A stretch of 64,000 bases of DNA from Planctomycetota bacterium (GTDB taxonomy: Bacteria; Planctomycetota; UBA1135; UBA2386), in NCBI GenBank assembly GCA_965228735.1, contig OZ245838.1:4000001-4064000 (forward strand), given 5' to 3'. The translations under genes and the position numbers were made by a program. The notes under the pieces are model-generated. The model was not told the origin of the DNA, made no database searches, and saw only the letters and a list, made by a program, of their open reading frames with translations. Positions 56,338 to 64,000 of the stretch are shown piece by piece; within the stretch, counting starts at the first letter, position 1; every line of letters starts with the position of its first letter.

Positions 56338-56811
56338 ATGAGTGCTGCGCCTCTGCTCGCGACGATCGACCGACACCTGCAGGCCGACCCGCCGGCCTGG
56401 GACGCGCTGCTCGCCGAGCTGCTGCGCCACTTCGACTGCGTCGTCGCGACGCTCCACGTGCTCGACGACGACAACCTGCTGCGGCTGACCGCCGACCGCG
56501 GCCTGCCGCCGCCCGTGCGTGACAAGGTCGCGTCGGTGCCGATCGGCAAGGGCATGGCGGGCATCGCCGCCGAGCGGCGCGAACCCGTGCAGGTCTGCAA
56601 CCTGCAGACGGACGACAGCGGCGTCGTCCGCCCGGGCGCCAAGCTCACGCAGATGCAGGGTTCGATCGCGCTGCCGATGCTGCTCGACGGCCACCTGCAC
56701 GGCGTCCTCGGCGTCGCCAAACCGGCGGCCTACGAGTTCTCCGCCGACGAGACCGCGCTGCTGATGACGATCGGCGAACGCGCGGCCGCCGCACTCGCGC
56801 GCGGCGACTGA
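56338..56811 (+). CDS. Stand-alone GAF domain protein
   Basis: PIGKGMAGIAA, SIALP, GVLGV motifs. Confidence 0.8.
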   Translation: MSAAPLLATIDRHLQADPPAWDALLAELLRHFDCVVATLHVLDDDNLLRLTADRGLPPPVRDKVASVPIGKGMAGIAAERREPVQVCNLQTDDSGVVRPGAKLTQMQGSIALPMLLDGHLHGVLGVAKPAAYEFSADETALLMTIGERAAAALARGD

Positions 56812-56845
56812 GGCCCGAGCCAACCCCGGTTGTCAGACCGAGCCG

Positions 56846-58168
56846 TCAGACCGAGAATGGGGCGCGTTCCGGCGCGGTGAGGAACGCGTTCGCCGCGTCG
56901 TCGTCGAACCGCAGCGCCTGCGCGTCCCACGCGAGCTTCTCGTTCAGGGCCCCGCGGAACGCCGCGTTCGCGAGCAGGACCGTCTCCGTGAGCGGACCGC
57001 CATAGGCGAACGAGCAGGTCGGCTGCGTGCGTTCGCGGCAACACTGCAGCCACTCCTGGTAGTGCCCGGGCGAGGATGCGATCGACTTGCTCGGCGCCTG
57101 CCACTGCGCCGCGCGCTCGGCCGGCCCGACCACGTGCTTGCCGTAGTCGCTGATGAGCCAACCGTCGTCGCCGATGAACAGCACGCCGTTGCGCCACTCC
57201 TGCAGCCCACGCGATTCGAGTTCGTCGCGCGGCCGGTCCTTGCCGGCGTGCCAGACCACCTCGACCGCGGCGCGATCACCGCGCGCGGCGAACTCGTAGC
57301 GACAATGCAGACCGCGCGGCGCGCAGTGCTCGTGCACCGGGTGCTCGGAACCCGCCTGGACCGTGCGCGGCGCGTCGAGCTCGAGCGCCCAGAACGCGAG
57401 ATCCATGAAGTGGCAGCCCATGTCCGCGGTCGTCCCGCCGCCGAACGCCCAGTAGCGCCGCCAGCCGGCCGGGTGGAAGCCCTGCCGGAACGGCTGCTCC
57501 GCCGCCGGTCCGAGCCAGACGTCGTAGTCGACGTGCTCCGGGACCTTCGCCTCATCCGGCAACGCCGCGGCCGACCAGTCCGTACCGTTCACGAACACGA
57601 TCACCTTGCGCACGGTGCCGACGGCGCCGCCGCGCACGGCCTCGACGACGCGCCGGTAGTTCTCGTTGGCGTGGATCTGGATCCCCATCTGCGTCACGGC
57701 TTCGTGCTCCCGCGCCGCCTCGGTCAGCGCGCGCGCCTGGGCCACCGTGTGCGTGAGCGGCTTCTCGCAGTAGACGTCGAGGCCGTTTCGGATCGCGAGC
57801 ATCGCGGGCAGGTAGTGCGTGTGGTCCGGCGTGCTGATGACGACACCGTCGAGCTCCGAACAGCGCTCCTTCGACGTGAGGACCTCGCGGAAGTCGACGA
57901 CGAGCTTGCTCTTGCCGAACTGCTCACCGGCCTTCTGCAGTCGCTTGCCGTCGATGTCACAGAGGTAGCGAATGTCCTGGTCCTTCACGCCATTGAGGTT
58001 GCCACCGCCGCGCCCGCCGACGCCGATGACCATGAGGCGCAGCGGCTCGTCCACCGCCGGGCGACGGCGCCGACCGCGCGGGTCGGCGACGCGCGCGGCC
58101 GCGCCAACGGAGGCCGCGCCGACCGAGGCAGCAACCGAACAGAGGAAGGAGCGACGCGAGGTGGCCAT
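56846..58168 (-). CDS. Gfo/Idh/MocA oxidoreductase with a Tat signal
   Basis: SRRSFL, IGVGGRG, STPDHTH, CEKP, DMGCH. Confidence 0.92.
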   Translation of the reverse strand: MATSRRSFLCSVAASVGAASVGAAARVADPRGRRRRPAVDEPLRLMVIGVGGRGGGNLNGVKDQDIRYLCDIDGKRLQKAGEQFGKSKLVVDFREVLTSKERCSELDGVVISTPDHTHYLPAMLAIRNGLDVYCEKPLTHTVAQARALTEAAREHEAVTQMGIQIHANENYRRVVEAVRGGAVGTVRKVIVFVNGTDWSAAALPDEAKVPEHVDYDVWLGPAAEQPFRQGFHPAGWRRYWAFGGGTTADMGCHFMDLAFWALELDAPRTVQAGSEHPVHEHCAPRGLHCRYEFAARGDRAAVEVVWHAGKDRPRDELESRGLQEWRNGVLFIGDDGWLISDYGKHVVGPAERAAQWQAPSKSIASSPGHYQEWLQCCRERTQPTCSFAYGGPLTETVLLANAAFRGALNEKLAWDAQALRFDDDAANAFLTAPERAPFSV

Positions 58169-58250
58169 GCGCAGATCATGGCATCCGGGCTGGAGAATTG
58201 CTCGCGCAGGCGGGGAGCCCGACCCATCATGCGCGCACGTCCCTGACTGC

Positions 58251-59240
58251 ATGACGCCGACTCCACCAACCGTCGAAGAGGTCCAACGCGCGTGGCAGCG
58301 CTTCGAGGGCCGGATCCGTGAGACCCCCGCGTGGGAGTGGTCCGGATTCCGCGTCGATCGGCTCAAGCCTCCGGGTTCGACGCTGTTCCTCAAACTCGAA
58401 CTGCTGCAGCACACCGGCACGTTCAAGCCGCGCGGCGCGCTCACCGTGATGCTCGACCTCGATCGCGAGCAGCTCGACCGCGGCGTCGTCGGCGTGAGCG
58501 CGGGCAACCACGGCATGGCGCTCGCGTTCGCGGGTCAGCAGCTCGGCTCGCACGCCACCGTGGTGATGCCCACGACCGCCAACCCCGCGCGCATCGCCGC
58601 GTGCCGCGCGCTCGGCGCCGAGGTCGAGTTGCTGCCCGACATCGCGGCCGCGTTCGCGCGCGCCGAAGAGCTCGAACGCGCGGGCCAGACGTTCGTGCAT
58701 CCGTTCGAGGGGCCGAAGACGGCGCTCGGCACGGCGACGCTCGGTCTCGAGTTCCTGCGCCAGGTCGGCAAGCTCGACGCGCTCGTCGTCGCGATCGGCG
58801 GCGGCGGGCTCGCGGCCGGCGTGGCCGCCGTGGTCAAGCAGCTGCAGCCGCGCTGCCACGTCATCGGCGTCGAACCCGAGGGCGCCGACTCGATGAGCCG
58901 GAGCTTCGCCGCCGGCTCGCCGCAGTCGATCGAGGCCGTGCGCACGATCGCCGACAGTCTCGGTGCACCGGCGGCCGAACCGTACTCGTTCGCCCTCTGC
59001 CGCGACCACGTCGACGAGATCGTGAGAGTCAGCGACGACGAGCTGTGCCGCGCCACCGCGCTGCTCTTCGGCGACGCCAAACTCGCGGTCGAACCGGCCG
59101 GCGCTGCGTCGACCGCCGCGATGCTGCAGTGCGGCGACCGACTGCGCGATCGGCGCATCGGCATCATCGTCTGCGGCGCGAACGTCGACCCGGAGACGCA
59201 CGCGGCGTGCATGCGTCGCGGCCAGGACGGCGTCTTCTGA
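58251..59240 (+). CDS. PLP-dependent threonine/serine dehydratase-like protein
   Basis: LKLELLQHTGTFKPRGA, SAGNHG, IGGGGL, EPAGA, CGAN. Confidence 0.92.
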   Translation: MTPTPPTVEEVQRAWQRFEGRIRETPAWEWSGFRVDRLKPPGSTLFLKLELLQHTGTFKPRGALTVMLDLDREQLDRGVVGVSAGNHGMALAFAGQQLGSHATVVMPTTANPARIAACRALGAEVELLPDIAAAFARAEELERAGQTFVHPFEGPKTALGTATLGLEFLRQVGKLDALVVAIGGGGLAAGVAAVVKQLQPRCHVIGVEPEGADSMSRSFAAGSPQSIEAVRTIADSLGAPAAEPYSFALCRDHVDEIVRVSDDELCRATALLFGDAKLAVEPAGAASTAAMLQCGDRLRDRRIGIIVCGANVDPETHAACMRRGQDGVF

Positions 59241-59794
59241 TGCGAAAGCTCACCCTGCTCGGCGTCCTGCTCGCGGCCGGCGGCTTCTGCGGCGGCCTCG
59301 GGTCGTTCGCGGCGCTCGCGTGGTCGGGCGAACGCATCTACGAGATGGAGCTGTCGCCCGGCAGCGGCGGGTCGCGCGACCACGAGATCGCGCTCGATCT
59401 GCGGCCGGACATGAACCCGCTCGCGATGACCGCGACGTCGAGCGACGCCGGCGCCACGGCCAGCATCGCCGTGACGGACGCGAACGGCACCGTCATCTTC
59501 GAGCAGGACCAGGGCGGCAAACCGGGCGGGGAAGCGGCGTGGTTCTTCGCGCCGATCCAGATCATCGCCGCCGGTCGCCACCGCATCGTCTACTCGATCG
59601 ACCGGGACATCGAAGGCAGCATCGACCTGCGCGCGAACGTGTTCGTGTTGACCCCGGCGATCATGTTCTCGTGCCTCGGGCTGATGTTCGTGGGCTTCGG
59701 GCTGCTCGTGCTGACCTCGATCCAACGGGCGATTGCGACGATGAAAGAAGTGCGTCGGATGCAGGCCGGCCCCAACCCGGTGCCCGGCCCGTAG
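59240..59794 (+). CDS. Two-TM hypothetical membrane protein
   Basis: Start MRKLTLL overlaps the upstream stop (TGATG). Hydrophobic segments at both ends. Confidence 0.6.
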   Translation: MRKLTLLGVLLAAGGFCGGLGSFAALAWSGERIYEMELSPGSGGSRDHEIALDLRPDMNPLAMTATSSDAGATASIAVTDANGTVIFEQDQGGKPGGEAAWFFAPIQIIAAGRHRIVYSIDRDIEGSIDLRANVFVLTPAIMFSCLGLMFVGFGLLVLTSIQRAIATMKEVRRMQAGPNPVPGP

Positions 59795-59886
59795 CTACGA
59801 GCGCGACCCGCATTCGACCACCCGCGGTCCGGGTTTTCTCCGACCCCGCTTCAGCGCTGCCGCACGCCCGTTCGTAGGGACGGCAG

Positions 59887-60510
59887 ATGGCGCGCTCGTC
59901 CGACAGCCACGGCCCGCGGGGTCACGTCGACCCCGTGCTCGCGGCCGAGATTCGCGCCGTGACGAGCGGGGACGCCGCCGCGATCGACGCCTTCTGCCGC
60001 CGCGAACACCCGGCCGTCTATCGCCTGTGTCTCGGCTTCCTCGCCTGCGCGACCGAAGCCGAAGACGCCGCCCAGGACGCGATGCTGCGACTGCTCGACG
60101 TGCTGCCGCAGTACGACGCGGACCGACCGTTCATGACCTGGCGCAACCGCGTCGTGCTCAACCTGTGCCGCGACCGACTGCGCCAGACGGGTCGGCGCCG
60201 CGCGGCCGAGCGCGCCGCCGCCGAACGGGAAGGTGACGACGCTGCTCCGGTGATCGACCCGCTGGCGCGCGCCGAGTTGCGCGCCACGCTGACGCGCGCG
60301 CTCACGGTCCTGCCGCAGCGCGAGCGCGAGGCTTTCGTGCTGCGCGAGCTCGAGGGCAACGGCGCGACGGAGACGGGTCGCGTCATGGGGATCCACGCGA
60401 GCTCGGTGCGTTCCCTCACAACCCTCGCCCGCCGCCGGCTTCGCACCCTGCTCGCCGCGACGCTGGATCCCGAACTGCCGGAGTTGCCTGGAGGCGCACG
60501 CTGTGGCTGA
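59887..60510 (+). CDS. ECF sigma-70 factor
   Basis: Region 2 AEDAAQD...FMTW...NLCRD and region 4 LPQREREAFVLRELEG...VRS. Confidence 0.88.
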   Translation: MARSSDSHGPRGHVDPVLAAEIRAVTSGDAAAIDAFCRREHPAVYRLCLGFLACATEAEDAAQDAMLRLLDVLPQYDADRPFMTWRNRVVLNLCRDRLRQTGRRRAAERAAAEREGDDAAPVIDPLARAELRATLTRALTVLPQREREAFVLRELEGNGATETGRVMGIHASSVRSLTTLARRRLRTLLAATLDPELPELPGGARCG

Positions 60511-61075
60511 CCTCGAACGCAACGACCCGGAGCTGGACCTGCTGCGACAGGCGTGGGCCGCGCTCCAGGCCCCGGCATGGGGCGACGACGGCGGCGACGG
60601 CGGCGACGCACTCGACGAGGTCGACAGGTCTGCCTCCGCACCCGATCCGATCGTCACCGACCTTCGTGCCGCGTACCGCGATGTCACGCCGCGCCGTGCG
60701 TTCGTGCCACCGCCGTTCGCGCCGCATCAGGCGCCACCGCGACCCGGGCGCTGGCACACCTACTGCCTGCGCGGCGCCGCGCTGCTAGCGGCGACGATCG
60801 GAGCGTCGTGGCTGCTCACGGTCGCCGACCACCCCGGCATCGGCGCCCCCATCGACCCGCCACCCGTGCGCCGGGCCCACGCCGAGCCACGACCGGTCGC
60901 GCGCGTGCTGCGAACGGACGCTACCGGCACGGAGATCGTGCACGGCCCCGTGCGCCTGATCCTGCTGCCCGCCCCCATCGAATCCCCGAACGAAGAAACC
61001 CGGCTCGACGAGACCGCGACCGCCGAGACCCCGACCGCCGAAACCACTGCCGACCGCACCAACCCGAATCGCTGA
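60503..61075 (+). CDS. Putative anti-sigma-like single-TM protein
   Basis: Overlaps the ECF stop and has a central TM helix (GAALLAATIGASWLL). Function inferred from position only. Confidence 0.5.
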   Translation: MADLERNDPELDLLRQAWAALQAPAWGDDGGDGGDALDEVDRSASAPDPIVTDLRAAYRDVTPRRAFVPPPFAPHQAPPRPGRWHTYCLRGAALLAATIGASWLLTVADHPGIGAPIDPPPVRRAHAEPRPVARVLRTDATGTEIVHGPVRLILLPAPIESPNEETRLDETATAETPTAETTADRTNPNR

Positions 61076-61085
61076 GGAAACCACC

Positions 61086-62330
61086 ATGTTCGCCATCGCC
61101 GAGATGATCACGAGATCCACGATCCTGCCCGTCGCCGCGGCGCTGTTCGCGACCGGTCTGCTGACCGGCCCGGCACCTGCCCAGGACCCGCTGCGCTCCG
61201 ACGACACCAAGCTCGAGTTCGTGCGCCCTGAGCACGTCGACCTCGTGAGCCTGCAGCGCATGGTGTCGGAGCTGCACGGCCGGACGCTCGCGTTCGAGGA
61301 CGGCCGCACCGTCAAGAACGTGATGGTCGGCAACGGCGCGCTGATCCTGCACGACCGCCCCGAGCGCATCCGAGAGATGCTCGCGACGATCGAGCAGATC
61401 GACGTCGCGCACGAGCCGGTCGCGACCGACTACCAGATCGAGGTCTACTCACCCAAGCACACGGACGTCGGGGCGCTCTGCGCGCTGGCGCAGCGGGTGC
61501 TGGCGCGCCGCGTGCCGGCTCGCCTCGGTGGCGACACCGAGAGCATCGTGCTCGTCGACGGCCAGCTCGTCGTCCGCGAGCTCGAGCCGCACATCGGCGG
61601 CGTCGTCGAGAAGCTACGCGCGCTCGACGAAGCGCTCGCCCAGGGCGCCGACAGCGATCCGGTGCTCGCGATCGAGTACACGCCGCGCGCCCTCAGCCCC
61701 CAGTCGGCGATCCAGGCGCTGCAGCCGATGCTCACCGGGCCGATGGGTCAACGCCAGGTCCAGGTGCGCAACCTCGGCCAGGGCGGACCGCTGATCCTGC
61801 AAGGGCGCAGCAAACAGATCGAGAACGCCAAGGAACTGCTCGAACAACTCGATCGCCCCGCACCACAGGTGATGGTGTCCGGCTACGTGCTCACGGGCAC
61901 GAACGACGACGACGCCAAGGGCAGCAACGCCAACTCGGAGCTCACCGACGTCCTGCAGGAGCTGCTCCCGTACGAGAGCTACAAGATCCAGGCGGCGAGC
62001 GTCGTGCGGGTCGCGGCCCGCCCGAACAGCCAGTTCCAGCTCGACCTCGCGGGTCCCAAGACCGGCATGGCCCAGGCGCGCTACTCGCTGCAGGGCACGA
62101 TCGCGGCCTACGACTCCGACGCCGAGTCCCTGACGTTCAGCAGCCTCGCCGCGATGCGGACGCACCAGGCGATTCCGGGCCGATCGATGTTCCGCACCGC
62201 GGCGACGATCTACGCCGGCGAATACGCGGTCCTCGGCGTCGCGGGCGGTGAACCGCTGTTCGTCGTGCTGCGCCTCAAGCCGGTCAAGGCCGGGCGGCCC
62301 AAGGCGAGCCGCGAACGCAAGTCGAACTGA
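61086..62330 (+). CDS. Exported protein with secretin-N (NolW-like) repeats
   Basis: Signal peptide and three repeats ending LILHD...IEQID, LVVRE...LRALD and LILQG...LEQLDRPAPQV. Confidence 0.65.
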   Translation: MFAIAEMITRSTILPVAAALFATGLLTGPAPAQDPLRSDDTKLEFVRPEHVDLVSLQRMVSELHGRTLAFEDGRTVKNVMVGNGALILHDRPERIREMLATIEQIDVAHEPVATDYQIEVYSPKHTDVGALCALAQRVLARRVPARLGGDTESIVLVDGQLVVRELEPHIGGVVEKLRALDEALAQGADSDPVLAIEYTPRALSPQSAIQALQPMLTGPMGQRQVQVRNLGQGGPLILQGRSKQIENAKELLEQLDRPAPQVMVSGYVLTGTNDDDAKGSNANSELTDVLQELLPYESYKIQAASVVRVAARPNSQFQLDLAGPKTGMAQARYSLQGTIAAYDSDAESLTFSSLAAMRTHQAIPGRSMFRTAATIYAGEYAVLGVAGGEPLFVVLRLKPVKAGRPKASRERKSN

Positions 62331-62356
62331 GCGGCGCGGGCCCGGTCGCCGCGGGG

Positions 62357-63442
62357 TTACTCGCCGCAGCTCGCGAGCGTCGGCCCGACCGCGTCTTCGC
62401 GCCGCAACGCGCGACGCTCACCGTCATCGTGGCGGTCGTCGAACACGTCGAGGATGCGTTCGTCGAGCTGCTGCGGCGACCGGACCCGCACGAGCTGCTC
62501 GCGCGCCCAGACCGGATCCGGGTGATACTGCGCGTACTTGATCGCGTGCGTCCGGGTGTGCCCGACGACGAGCTTCTCCTTGCCGTAGAAGTCGCGCGAG
62601 AGTTCCTGGTGCCGCAGGATCGCCCGCCGCTGATCGGCGCACGTCGGCCGCATCGGCACTTCGCCCGCGAGCAGCGCGCGGACCTGGTCGAAGACGAACG
62701 GGTTGCCGATGCAGCCGCGCGCGATCGTCACGCCGTCGACGCCCGTCTCGCGCAGCATGTCGACGACGTCGAACGGCGAGAACAGATCACCGCTGCCGAG
62801 CACCGTGAGGTCGCCGACGTGGCGCTTCACCCGCGTGAGGAACTCCCACCGGCTCGGGCCGACGTACTTCTGACGCACGGTCCGACCGTGCACCGTCACC
62901 GCGGTGATCCCGCGCTCGATCGCGCCCTCGAGGATCGTGAAGAACGCGCGCTCGGCGTCGTCCGTGTCGTCGTACCCGCGCCGCATCTTGACGGTCACCG
63001 CCGCGTCACCCGCGACCGCCTGCACGACCGAATCGATGATCGCGAGCGCCGTCTCGGGGTCCTGCAGCAGCCAGCCGCCGCGCCGCCGACCGAGCACCTT
63101 GTTGACCGGACAGCCGAAGTTGATGTCGACGATGTCGTAGCCCGCGTTCTTCAGTTCGCGCGCGGCCAACCCGAACGTCTCCGGCTGCGACCCCATGAGT
63201 TGCCCGCCGACCGGATGATCGTGCTCGGGCACCGCGAGGATGCGCCGCTGCAGCTTGCCCTTCTGCAGCACCTGCGAATCGAGCACGACCTCGTTGATCG
63301 CATAGGGCGCCCCGTGCTCGCGCGCGACCGTGCGCATCGGCAGATCGGAGTAGCCACTGAGCGCCGCCTGCACCGCGGGCATGCCGATCGCGATATCGCC
63401 GATCGACAAGTCTCTGGCTGCGGCTGCTTGCGAGGTCGTCAC
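62357..63442 (-). CDS. dusB: tRNA-dihydrouridine synthase
   Basis: AALSGYSD, GQLMG, DINFGCP, TVKMR, TVHGRT, GSGD, IARG..GNP. Confidence 0.88.
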   Translation of the reverse strand: MTTSQAAAARDLSIGDIAIGMPAVQAALSGYSDLPMRTVAREHGAPYAINEVVLDSQVLQKGKLQRRILAVPEHDHPVGGQLMGSQPETFGLAARELKNAGYDIVDINFGCPVNKVLGRRRGGWLLQDPETALAIIDSVVQAVAGDAAVTVKMRRGYDDTDDAERAFFTILEGAIERGITAVTVHGRTVRQKYVGPSRWEFLTRVKRHVGDLTVLGSGDLFSPFDVVDMLRETGVDGVTIARGCIGNPFVFDQVRALLAGEVPMRPTCADQRRAILRHQELSRDFYGKEKLVVGHTRTHAIKYAQYHPDPVWAREQLVRVRSPQQLDERILDVFDDRHDDGERRALRREDAVGPTLASCGE

Positions 63443-63506
63443 CCGCGCCAGTTTGCCGCCTGACCGCCCAGGCGCCAGGGTCGGCGGCAACCGCGCCGAA
63501 TACCGG

Positions 63507-63755
63507 TCAGGCCAGAACGTCGAGGTTCTCGCCCTTGCCCGGCTCGGCCGCGCCCTGCGGCGGCGAAGCGGGCGGCGGCGCGTCGGCCGAAGCCGCGCGC
63601 GTCGGGGCCGAGCGGGCGGGCGCGCCGCCCTCGATCAGCTGGAGCATCGCCGCGCCGGCTGCGCGTTGCTCGTTGAGCACCTTCGCGAGCAGCGTGATGT
63701 TCGCGGTGCGCACAGCGAGGCCGCCAATGGCCTGGTTGAGGGCTCCGATGTCCAT
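63507..63755 (-). CDS. Small YjfB-like protein
   Basis: MDIGAL...LLAKVLNEQ...AMLQLIE...GKGENLDVLA resembles the YjfB 'putative motility protein' pattern. Confidence 0.6.
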   Translation of the reverse strand: MDIGALNQAIGGLAVRTANITLLAKVLNEQRAAGAAMLQLIEGGAPARSAPTRAASADAPPPASPPQGAAEPGKGENLDVLA

Positions 63756-63884
63756 GCCAGTGGCATCGGCGCCGGCTCGGGGTGACTTCAGCACTGCGGT
63801 GCACCGCCGATGCCATCGGACCGCCGGACGCCCGCGGGGACCGGATCCCGGGAACGATCGGCCGCGACGCAGTAGAACGGTGCC

Positions 63885-64000
63885 ATGGCCGTCTCCCTCA
63901 CCGCCCGCCTCGGCCGGGCCATCGTGCCGTTCGCGACCGTGCTCGCCATTCCAGCGGCGCTCGTCAGCCAGATCCACGTCGACGCCGGCGCCCAGGCGGG
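63885..64000 (+). CDS. Secreted protein, 5' fragment (runs off the window)
   Basis: MAVSLTARLGRAIVPFATVLAIPAALVS-QIHVDAGAQA has a signal peptide followed by an IHVDA start. Confidence 0.5.
   Translation, partial: MAVSLTARLGRAIVPFATVLAIPAALVSQIHVDAGAQA

Noticed and set aside
56338..56811. Free methionine-R-sulfoxide reductase (MsrC) call for the GAF protein
   Set aside because: It lacks the GxGVCG and HIAC cysteine motifs.

Overview
High-GC bacterial window, most likely from a Planctomycetota genome (DUF1501 plus DUF1549/DUF1553 genes, planctomycete-style secreted proteins). In order it holds: part of an aryl-polyene-like type II PKS operon, cut by the window start, with a putative flavin-dependent halogenase; a nitrilase and a Sel1 protein; a complete TtpC-type TonB operon with a TonB-dependent receptor and a large secreted protein; a double-hydrolase fusion; a selenium-related micro-cluster; PqiA; DUF1501/DUF1549; a T2SS/type IV pilus-like cluster; leuS; a complete IS1-like element; and housekeeping or accessory genes (SSS symporter, PIG-L, FleN-like ATPase, FHA-protease, cutC, ECF sigma locus, dusB). 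The strongest hidden signal is at 23.9-26.1 kb. The ORF track misses a SelW/Rdx selenoprotein there (CxxU, in-frame UGA plus a SECIS-like hairpin). It lies next to a SenB-like selenosugar synthase with no senA/senC in the window, a methyltransferase, a 41-aa His/Cys-rich micro-lipoprotein and a palindromic repeat array. Family calls come from motif recognition by eye, not database searches, and many start codons were re-chosen relative to the ORF track.
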